Positions 1 through 6,919 of a DNA stretch of 40,932 bases are shown piece by piece. The translations under genes were made by a program, and so were the position numbers. The notes beneath the pieces are model-generated. The model searched no databases. It was not told where the DNA came from and worked only from the letters and a program-made list of their open reading frames with translations. The first letter of the stretch is position 1, and every line of letters starts with the position of its first letter. The DNA comes from a virus (taxonomy: Duplodnaviria; Caudoviricetes), in IMG/VR virus record IMGVR_UViG_3300037423_001127, positions 1 to 40,932 of that record; one strand, written 5' to 3'.

Positions 1-248
1 CAAAAAATATCAACACAAGATATGTAAATGTCACAAACGATGGCTATGTAATTACGCTGACTTTTGTTGACGAGCCAACTTATAAAACACGCAAAGCATC
101 AGAAATGGTTGGTAGCCTCGCAGTGCCTATTGGTGAAACACTTAATGAGCTACAAATTAAGCCTACCAAATCGCACAAGATTAAGTACGAATGGGTAAGT
201 GATACAAGTTTGTCTTTTGATATTGGGGTTTTGAAATGCAAAAACTAG
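1..248 (+). CDS. Partial CDS, C-terminal part of the gene at 40019-40420 (variant allele)
   Basis: Frame from base 3 reads KNINTRYVNV...SFDIGVLKCKN*. Confidence 0.8.
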   Translation, partial: KNINTRYVNVTNDGYVITLTFVDEPTYKTRKASEMVGSLAVPIGETLNELQIKPTKSHKIKYEWVSDTSLSFDIGVLKCKN

Positions 249-505
249 AAAGCGGTTATAGTGACATAACCTTACAAATACCTGTTAAGATTATTTCTAA
301 AGTCACTCTCGAATCAGAAACAGAGCAAGACGGATATAGAAAAAAAGGTCTCATAACTGCCTCTTGCGATTTTAATGACAAACATTACACGTGTGGTATA
401 TATACATCATTGCATGACGTATCAAATATTATAAGCATGAGAATAATACAGCAACTAAAGACTGGCTTATTAGAGCAGATCAAACAAGACATAGGGCTAG
501 AATGA
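236..505 (+). CDS. Hypothetical protein (variant of 40563-40844)
   Basis: ORF; conserved with the right-end copy. Confidence 0.8.
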   Translation: MQKLESGYSDITLQIPVKIISKVTLESETEQDGYRKKGLITASCDFNDKHYTCGIYTSLHDVSNIISMRIIQQLKTGLLEQIKQDIGLE

Positions 506-834
506 TTATAGAAACATGGTACTACCTAAAAGAAACTAATGATGTATTAGAAGACATGTTAATCCATGATGTTCTCATGTACAAAGTTGACGGACGTTTC
601 GTTAAGCTTGTCGTTGAGGAATCAGGGAAAGGATTTCAAGAGATATCTGACTTCCCATATAGAATCTATAGAAAGCGCAGCGAAGCATTAAGCAAGTTCC
701 GAAAGATTAAATATGTTTTTCCGAATTACAAAGTCAAAAGACTCGGTGATTGTGGTTTTGAAGAGCAGACGATTAGACTTGATAAGCACGTTGAGAGAAT
801 ATCGGCAGTGTTTATGGATGAGGAGGATGAATAA
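502..834 (+). CDS. Hypothetical protein
   Basis: ATGA overlap with the previous gene; mostly synonymous differences from the right-end partial copy. Confidence 0.8.
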   Translation: MIIETWYYLKETNDVLEDMLIHDVLMYKVDGRFVKLVVEESGKGFQEISDFPYRIYRKRSEALSKFRKIKYVFPNYKVKRLGDCGFEEQTIRLDKHVERISAVFMDEEDE

Positions 835-1127
835 TGCCATGTAATTGTAATATGCAATTACATGCTGGATATATGTGTGATGAACCATTATTAAATACTT
901 ATGAATTACGAGGCATTCTACTTGGAAAAGCTGAATTTACGCCATATTCAGCACCATATCAGCCAAATACTGTCACATTAAATACTGGAAAGACACCGCA
1001 CAAATGCCCTGTGTGTGAAGGATCAGGTAAATTAATGACAGCAAATAAAAATAAGGATGCTTATGCAAATTATGCTGTTGAAACGAATTGCCACGCTTGC
1101 GAAGGGAAAGGAATTGTATGGGGTTAG
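834..1127 (+). CDS. Zinc-finger protein with DnaJ-type CxxCxGxG motifs
   Basis: CPVCEGSG and CHACEGKG; GAGGAGG upstream. Confidence 0.75.
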   Translation: MPCNCNMQLHAGYMCDEPLLNTYELRGILLGKAEFTPYSAPYQPNTVTLNTGKTPHKCPVCEGSGKLMTANKNKDAYANYAVETNCHACEGKGIVWG

Positions 1128-1354
1128 AACTAATCAAACTCGAAAAAAAGAAGCCTGGAATATCAGATGAAAAGTTCCAGGAATTGGTTAAGGCTATGAA
1201 GAATGCCGATGGGTTTTTGCTCGTTCTAAAGACGCATATAGGCCAAGATATTGCGTATGATGTTCATACAAACAACCTATACCCATCTGAAAAAGTATAT
1301 GCATCAGAGATAGTTAAAACTCAAACCATGCTTGATGCGATATGCCCTGAATGA
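1118..1354 (+). CDS. Hypothetical protein
   Basis: ATG at 1118 follows AAGGA; coupled to neighbours. Confidence 0.7.
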   Translation: MGLELIKLEKKKPGISDEKFQELVKAMKNADGFLLVLKTHIGQDIAYDVHTNNLYPSEKVYASEIVKTQTMLDAICPE

Positions 1355-1542
1355 ATGGAATTAGAAGGTACTATGTGATCAAGCTAAAAAAACCAATAGA
1401 ATTTCAAGAAGAGCAAGAGCCTATTATATCAAAAAAGAAAGATAAAAAAACCCACTGGGATTGCATGAAATGCGATGGACATGGGGTAATTATCAGAAAT
1501 AACGAATTAGTTAACTGTGACGTTTGTGGGAGTGAGTTTTGA
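1351..1542 (+). CDS. Small zinc-ribbon protein
   Basis: CMKCDGHG...CDVCG. Confidence 0.65.
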   Translation: MNGIRRYYVIKLKKPIEFQEEQEPIISKKKDKKTHWDCMKCDGHGVIIRNNELVNCDVCGSEF

Positions 1543-1859
1543 TGTTAGATGAAGATAGGATTATGTACGGAGAAGTCCCAACCATCAAATTCAGGCCATA
1601 TAAATTCAAAGTTAATATCAGTGAATATCTTATAAAAAGCTTATTGCCTGACGATCATTATTTTAAATTCACAGTTAAAGGAATTCCAATAGACTGTAAT
1701 CCACCTCTATTATATGGAAATCCATATTTTGATAATTATGCGCCAGATAGGATTTTTTACATTAAATGTTACAAAACTATTGATGATGGAATCGAAGATT
1801 TTAAAAAAATGACTAAAGAATATCATCTTGAGAGGATTAAGAAATATTATGGAATTTAA
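1539..1859 (+). CDS. Hypothetical protein
   Basis: ORF in a tightly coupled operon. Confidence 0.7.
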   Translation: MMLDEDRIMYGEVPTIKFRPYKFKVNISEYLIKSLLPDDHYFKFTVKGIPIDCNPPLLYGNPYFDNYAPDRIFYIKCYKTIDDGIEDFKKMTKEYHLERIKKYYGI

Positions 1860-2712
1860 AAGCTTCGGAAAGATAGATTATTTTGAAAACCTAAAGATGA
1901 CTATTACACAAAAAGTAAATGGTACTAATTCTTTAGTTTGTATATATATAGACGAAAAAACAGGAAATCCTGATATTAAATGCGGTAACAGATACAGATG
2001 GATTACTCCTGATAATGACAATCATGGTTTTGCGGCTCACGTTTATGCTCATAGAGAAGAGTTTATCGAAAAGCTAGGCTTGGGCAGACATTACGGCGAA
2101 TGGGCAGGTAAAGGCATTAATTCAGGTGAAGGATTGGATTGCAGAAACTTCTACTTGTTTAATCATTGGCATTTTGGAGAAAAATTTAAGGCACAATTTG
2201 AAAATCCAGAATTAAAGTTATTGCCACCTAATACTTATGTTGTTCCTGTTTTAGCATCATATTTTATTTATAAGGCTTTTAATTATAAAACTGATGTAGG
2301 AGATGCGATTGACAAGTGGTTGTTTTGGCTAAAACAAGGATCACGATTACATGGAGCAAAAGGATTTAAGCGGCCAGAGGGGATAGTTGTACAAATAGGA
2401 AGCCAATATTTTAAGCACGTATTTGAAAAAGAAGACACAAAATGGCATAAAGCACCAAAAAAGCCAAAGCTTGATTTAGGAAATTTAGAGGATTTAATGC
2501 AACCAATCCGTTTAGAGAAGCTATTAAGCCGTGACGAGGCTTATATGCGTGATTATCCAAAGTCACTCGGTACTATAGTCAAAGACTATGTACAAGACCT
2601 AATCGAAGAACAACAAGCCACGGAAGAAGTAGCGAAAGCTGCATCGAGGCATATATTTTCGTTTGTTAAACAATTCATAGGGGATAAATATGACCAAGCA
2701 AGAGCAGCGTAA
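1849..2712 (+). CDS. ATP-dependent RNA ligase, Rnl2-like
   Basis: Motif I TQKVNGTN, motif III YGEWAGKGI, IIIa FYLFN, IV PEGIVV, V YFK; C-terminal RLEKLLSR helical domain as in Rnl2. Confidence 0.85.
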   Translation: MEFKSFGKIDYFENLKMTITQKVNGTNSLVCIYIDEKTGNPDIKCGNRYRWITPDNDNHGFAAHVYAHREEFIEKLGLGRHYGEWAGKGINSGEGLDCRNFYLFNHWHFGEKFKAQFENPELKLLPPNTYVVPVLASYFIYKAFNYKTDVGDAIDKWLFWLKQGSRLHGAKGFKRPEGIVVQIGSQYFKHVFEKEDTKWHKAPKKPKLDLGNLEDLMQPIRLEKLLSRDEAYMRDYPKSLGTIVKDYVQDLIEEQQATEEVAKAASRHIFSFVKQFIGDKYDQARAA

Positions 2713-2890
2713 TTTAGAGAAACTGAACTCAATATTAACATCAATGTCAGCCGATGTCGCATACATAAATCAGCAATTGGCTATTCACGAGAAGCAATGT
2801 ATTAAGGACAATGTACCGTTTGGTGATGAATGGTTGGATACAACACGACGCTTAAAAGCTGTTTTACTTGAGGTTGCGAGTTTGGCATGA
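2690..2890 (+). CDS. Hypothetical protein
   Basis: ORF with AGGGGA SD. Confidence 0.65.
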   Translation: MTKQEQRNLEKLNSILTSMSADVAYINQQLAIHEKQCIKDNVPFGDEWLDTTRRLKAVLLEVASLA

Positions 2891-3018
2891 GTTTAGAAGA
2901 GCAGATTGAGATATACAATCAAGCTATGGTTAAATTTATTAATGAAGAACTAAGTAAAGTTTGGCCAGAATCCAATATTAAGTTTGTATTTGTTAATTTT
3001 GTGGATGATTTACCATGA
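2887..3018 (+). CDS. Small hypothetical protein (43 aa, MSLEEQIEIYNQAMVKF...)
   Basis: Not in the ORF track; ATGA overlaps at both ends; GAGG upstream. Confidence 0.6.
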   Translation: MSLEEQIEIYNQAMVKFINEELSKVWPESNIKFVFVNFVDDLP

Positions 3019-3230
3019 TTTCAGATGTTGAAATAGAAAGACGTATTCATTCATCATTAGAAACTCTAAAATCAAAAACTGGGTATGATGGCGGTATTAT
3101 TATTGAATATTGCTTAGGAAAAGGATTTTTAATAAAAGTAAATTATGGAAATTTTATTGCTTGTGGATTTCTTGATTATATCACAAGAAGACTGGAAGGT
3201 TTTGTACATTCTATTAAGGATAGAAAATGA
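3015..3230 (+). CDS. Hypothetical protein
   Basis: Coupled ORF. Confidence 0.65.
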   Translation: MISDVEIERRIHSSLETLKSKTGYDGGIIIEYCLGKGFLIKVNYGNFIACGFLDYITRRLEGFVHSIKDRK

Positions 3231-3814
3231 GAAAAGAATACGGCGGTATATTTAAGGCTAAATATTACTGGGAATATCAGGAAAAGTCAGATAATCCTTA
3301 CGTTTATTCTGATAAGGGAAGTCAAACATTAAGGAGTAATAAGGGTAATGCATGGAGATATGAATGGATTACATATATGCCAGTTCCTGAAAAAATAGTA
3401 TCTCAATTCAAAAAAGACGTAGACGCACATTTTGCGGATATTGAAAAGCAAAAGCAAAGATATATTTGCGTGAAATCTTTTAAATTCTCATGCATGGGTT
3501 TATTTAATGATATTCCAGAAGGAACTATTCTATATAATTCAGCGTATGAACTTTTAAACGATGAACAAAGAACGTATTTCAAATTAATTCAAAAACCAAC
3601 CGGAGACCACAAAATGAAACTAGAAATCCACAATCAGCAAAAACCAAAAGAAAAAACAGTTGTTCTTGAACTGAGGAATCATCTGTTTAGGGATGATGTA
3701 AAAACAGTTGCGCCGATTAATGACGTTGGTATTGTCTTCTTTGAAGAGAGTGGAAAAATTAAAGTTGATAAAGATGCAGCAGCAAGACACGGATTCGAAG
3801 TGGAGATTATTTAA
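3227..3814 (+). CDS. Two-part hypothetical protein; C-terminal domain paralogous to 3814-4026
   Basis: Internal in-frame GGAG-N9-ATG at 3614 (MKLEIH... vs MKLELY...). Confidence 0.7.
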   Translation: MRKEYGGIFKAKYYWEYQEKSDNPYVYSDKGSQTLRSNKGNAWRYEWITYMPVPEKIVSQFKKDVDAHFADIEKQKQRYICVKSFKFSCMGLFNDIPEGTILYNSAYELLNDEQRTYFKLIQKPTGDHKMKLEIHNQQKPKEKTVVLELRNHLFRDDVKTVAPINDVGIVFFEESGKIKVDKDAAARHGFEVEII

Positions 3815-4026
3815 TGAAATTAGAATTGTATAAAAAAGAAGAGCCAAAGCTTATAGTAAGGGTTATTAATGATGTATTAAATCAACATAATAAAACATTA
3901 ACTGTTATTAATATGACTGGAAGTGAAATTCCATTGGTTACTCTTACTACTGATGGGGAATGTTTAATTCGTAGGAAGCATATAGAAAGACATGGTTTTG
4001 TAATTAAGGAGTTTGAAGGAGTTTGA
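3814..4026 (+). CDS. Hypothetical protein, member of a three-copy domain family
   Basis: Shared ending (DG/SG)xxxIxKxxIxxHG(F/Y)xxE. Confidence 0.7.
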   Translation: MKLELYKKEEPKLIVRVINDVLNQHNKTLTVINMTGSEIPLVTLTTDGECLIRRKHIERHGFVIKEFEGV

Positions 4027-4029
4027 TTG

Positions 4030-5460
4030 ATGAAATTCAGCGAAGTTAAGCCGTTTTTGATGGCGGCGTTTACAATTACAGATGATCCATTTCAAGTATC
4101 AAGGTATTCATTTGATGGTACTAACATTAATTATTATGGATATGCAGGTTATAAAGATACATTAAAAGTTGGAGCATTGATTGAAAGACTGGATTTATTA
4201 GAAAAATACGGAGATAACAGATTCATTAATTGGAATATCATAGGTATATCAGACCAACAAAAACTAACCCGCGACCAAGCCGAAAAGCTGATGGATGCTG
4301 GGTATAAGATTAAATCTACCAATCATGAAGATGCTTATTATTGCAAAAGTAATACAAAAGGTTGGTATCATTTTAAAAATATTAAGTACGGTTGTTGGTC
4401 TGTGACAAATTATATTCCAGAAGAAGGTTGCTACAAACTCTACGACAACGAGCCAGTGAAGCAGGAAATTGTTACTAAGCCATATCAATATCAAGATAGA
4501 TCAGCACAACCATTATTAAGAGAACCTAATGAACTTAAAGATAAACTAGAAACATACTGGAAAGAATTAATATACAGAAATTCAGTAGTATCAAAGATGT
4601 CTTGCGTTATTATTGACGACGTTCATAAAACAAAGGAACCCCAAATGAACCAATCCTTCGCAAAGATCAAGCCTTTTGTTTTGGCTGGGTTTAAGTTTAC
4701 ATTTGGAAGCATAGAAACAGGTTATTGGTATATGAAAAATGGTAAAATTCACAACCAAAATAATAATGCAGTAAGAATGACAATTGAAAATATAGAACGA
4801 GATTATGAAGATTATTATTTACTTCCAAACCAACAAGACCTCGCAAGTAACTTAAGCTACGAGCAGGCTAAGATATTATTTGATGCTGGATATGATATTA
4901 AACTTAAAGCAGATAAAGGATATTCAGAGATTAATTCTAATGAATTAATTTACAGAAATTCATTTTATACGCCTGATGATGGAAGTTACGCATTTATAGG
5001 CAATTTACCAACAACGGAGACCACTATGTACTTTGATTTCAAAAAAGCGATGGATTATTTAAAAGAAGGCAAGAAGGTTACGCATGATGAACTTGAAGAT
5101 GGTTATGTGTATATTACATTAGATTCCCAAGCTGATATTGTAGATAAGGATGGGGATTCCGTTGATATATTGAATGAACTGATATTCAGCGACAAATGGA
5201 AGCTCTACGAGCCTAAGAAATTGCGTGTAATTATTGACAGTGAAAATGATGTTTCCCACAGCAATGAAGAGCTTAAAAAGCTTAAGCTACAAAGACAAAG
5301 AGAAGTATATAGCATATTTGGCGGTCATGGTGAAGAAATCATCGCATTAAGTGCTAATAACCGTGAAATATTGGTTAAAATTTTTAAAGATGGAATGATT
5401 AAAATAGACAAAGCTTTCATCGAAAGCCAAGGATACAAACTAGAGGTGATCAATGCTTAA
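4030..5460 (+). CDS. Multidomain protein with tandem Tad2/DUF2829-like repeats
   Basis: FDFKKAMDYLKEGKKVT...SDKWKLY is DUF2829-like; internal paralogous segments; internal SD+ATG at 4645 and 5026. Confidence 0.6.
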   Translation: MKFSEVKPFLMAAFTITDDPFQVSRYSFDGTNINYYGYAGYKDTLKVGALIERLDLLEKYGDNRFINWNIIGISDQQKLTRDQAEKLMDAGYKIKSTNHEDAYYCKSNTKGWYHFKNIKYGCWSVTNYIPEEGCYKLYDNEPVKQEIVTKPYQYQDRSAQPLLREPNELKDKLETYWKELIYRNSVVSKMSCVIIDDVHKTKEPQMNQSFAKIKPFVLAGFKFTFGSIETGYWYMKNGKIHNQNNNAVRMTIENIERDYEDYYLLPNQQDLASNLSYEQAKILFDAGYDIKLKADKGYSEINSNELIYRNSFYTPDDGSYAFIGNLPTTETTMYFDFKKAMDYLKEGKKVTHDELEDGYVYITLDSQADIVDKDGDSVDILNELIFSDKWKLYEPKKLRVIIDSENDVSHSNEELKKLKLQRQREVYSIFGGHGEEIIALSANNREILVKIFKDGMIKIDKAFIESQGYKLEVINA

Positions 5461-5578
5461 AGACTTACTTTTTATTGTAGTTGGAATTTTTATTGCTAGC
5501 GCATATCCACAAGTCATCCCTGCGGTAAAGTGGGGATTAGCTAAGGCAAAAGCTTTTCTTAAAGGTTTAACAGCGTAA
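5453..5578 (+). CDS. Small membrane peptide (41 aa, MLKDLLFIVVGIFIASAYPQVIPAVKWGLAKAKAFLKGLTA)
   Basis: Strong SD GAGGTG; hydrophobic N-terminal half and basic amphipathic C-terminal half. Confidence 0.65.
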   Translation: MLKDLLFIVVGIFIASAYPQVIPAVKWGLAKAKAFLKGLTA

Positions 5579-5588
5579 AAAAGCCGAC

Positions 5589-5663
5589 AAAGCCGACATC
5601 GAGATAAACTGCATCTTTGCTCACCCTATTCAGCAATCCTGCGAAATTGACGGTGTCGGCTTT
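5589..5663. terminator. Long stem-loop between convergent transcription units
   Basis: AAAGCCGACATCG pairs with CGGTGTCGGCTTT; inner TTGCT/AGCAA hairpin; A-run at the left flank. Confidence 0.5.
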
Positions 5664-5714
5664 CTCTAATACAGTTTAGTATTGCTGGTTACTTAAGGTA
5701 ATACGTAGAAGTTA

Positions 5715-6074
5715 CTAGATTTTCTTATCATTCCATTGCTTAAATTTAGAAAAAGCATTTTTAATATTTATTTCTAAGAAATACATATCTGATGGATTTT
5801 CACAAGATTTTACTTTTTCAATTACTGCTATTTTAATATTATCGTGACTTAGTGCTAGCGAAATAAAATCATTTACGTTTGGTCTTCCTAATTGACATGG
5901 ATACCAGCAACTTAAATTCCATTTATAACCATCATTATCAAGTTTGCTGACAAGATTAAAATTATGGCCCCAATATCTTTTTTCTTTTGATCCAAAATCT
6001 ATTAATTTTATAGATTGTGAATTATCAATCTTATTAGATATTAATTTCTTTAAAAAATTCTTCAATGTTTTCAT
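5715..6074 (-). CDS. Hypothetical protein
   Basis: ORF overlapping the 3' end of the upstream minus-strand gene. Confidence 0.65.
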   Translation of the reverse strand: MKTLKNFLKKLISNKIDNSQSIKLIDFGSKEKRYWGHNFNLVSKLDNDGYKWNLSCWYPCQLGRPNVNDFISLALSHDNIKIAVIEKVKSCENPSDMYFLEINIKNAFSKFKQWNDKKI

Positions 6075-6348
6075 ATTCTGTCAATCCTATTCCATTTTCC
6101 GTATCTTCTAAGGTTTTTTGAGTTTCAACGCTTGGTATGTCTTGTGCGGGTTCTGGAAGTTCTGAAAAATGTGTTATTGTGTAATCTGATTTATCAAGAA
6201 AAATAACTTCGCTTGTATCCCACTCATCTCCACCCATAAACATCAATGTTGTAACAAATTTATCGCCCCATTTAGTTTTAACAGTGACATTGTATGAAAC
6301 GCCAGGGGTTGTCATAGTTGTGTTTGATAGGTGAATCCAGTTTGTCAT
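6034..6348 (-). CDS. DUF551-like protein with a DinJ/RelB antitoxin-like C-terminal tail
   Basis: MTNWI...ITHFSELPEP is the DUF551 pattern; tail PSVETQKTLEDTENGIGLTEYENIEEFFKEINI; GAAAGGA SD. Confidence 0.7.
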   Translation of the reverse strand: MTNWIHLSNTTMTTPGVSYNVTVKTKWGDKFVTTLMFMGGDEWDTSEVIFLDKSDYTITHFSELPEPAQDIPSVETQKTLEDTENGIGLTEYENIEEFFKEINI

Positions 6349-6366
6349 AAATATCCTTTCAGAAAT

Positions 6367-6449
6367 TGACAACAGGGTGGATTCGAACCACCGACTATTC
6401 GGGATATAAAATAATATCCGTGTTCCTTAACCTCTCGGATACTGTTGTC
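6367..6449 (-). ncRNA. tRNA-like RNA 1 (8-bp acceptor stem, non-canonical anticodon arm, no encoded CCA)
   Basis: GACAACAG/CTGTTGTC stem; D arm TCC-GAGAGGTTAA-GGA; perfect T arm GGTGG-TTCGAAT-CCACC. Confidence 0.75.
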
Positions 6450-6455
6450 ATAAAG

Positions 6456-6623
6456 TGGCAATAGGCCAGAATTGCACTGGCTATAACTCGGTTAGTCCGA
6501 GGAAAGTTAATCAATAATAAAGTTATAGGCTTTATTACCATCAACAAGCCGCTAAGCTTGGCTATATTAACCCCACCATGTGATCAGCATGTAGATCGTG
6601 TCACTGTCCACGCCGCTATTGCC
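6456..6623 (-). ncRNA. tRNA-like RNA 2 with an insert of about 115 nt replacing the anticodon and variable arms
   Basis: GGCAATAG/CTATTGCC stem; D-like arm CGTG-GACAGTGA-CACG; T-like arm GCCAG-TGCAATT-CTGGC. Confidence 0.65.
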
Positions 6624-6725
6624 ATAAAGCGCCCCATTCATCCACTCTAGGGGCTGAGAGCTAAGGAAGGTAGCATGAATCAAGCAACCATTAGATAAAA
6701 TGATATTAACATAATAATTTTCATT

Positions 6726-6742
6726 GTAAAATATTTTTTTAC
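6726..6742. promoter_or_regulatory. Palindromic operator copy 1, overlapping the -35 of a leftward promoter
   Basis: GTAAAA-TATTT-TTTTAC; minus strand TTTACA-N16-TAATAT with TG extension. Confidence 0.65.
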
Positions 6743-6892
6743 GAAGTATTATTAATTGCGCCACTATTTATCAACTTAACTGCTTTGATCAATATTACGA
6801 AGTGGCGCATATGCTCAATATTTGACTAATTTGCTCAAACAATGCACAATATAAATGATGGTTAATCCCATCATCTTCAATGGCACCTATTT

Positions 6893-6918
6893 GCGCGGTG
6901 AAATATCCGCGCTTTTTT
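6893..6918 (+). terminator. Rho-independent terminator
   Basis: GCGCGG-N8-CCGCGC-TTTTTT. Confidence 0.75.
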
Positions 6919-6919
6919 A

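Larger units (their letters stand above)
1..593 (+). repeat. Left copy of an imperfect terminal duplication (partner 40173-40932)
   Basis: 1-127 identical to 40173-40299; then scattered SNPs, a diverged gene (236-505 vs 40563-40844) and renewed similarity in the MIIETWYYLKETNDVLEDMLIH gene. Confidence 0.95.

Noticed and set aside
1-127. Biological direct terminal repeat or attL/attR
   Set aside because: The partner is internal (40173), lies mid-gene, has a k-mer-sized exact match, and no integrase or host flank is present
6456-6623. tmRNA
   Set aside because: It has a paired D-like stem, lacks the G3-U70 alanine determinant and is far too short
6700-6730. dif-like XerD arm (TTATGTTAA on the minus strand); a similar ATTTAACATTA at about 40591
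   Set aside because: No matching XerC arm at the 6-bp spacing; the first is part of a promoter and the second is coding
6567-6764. 65-aa minus-strand ORF in the track
   Set aside because: It overlaps the promoter/operator and tRNA-like RNA 2 and has no SD; better explained as non-coding
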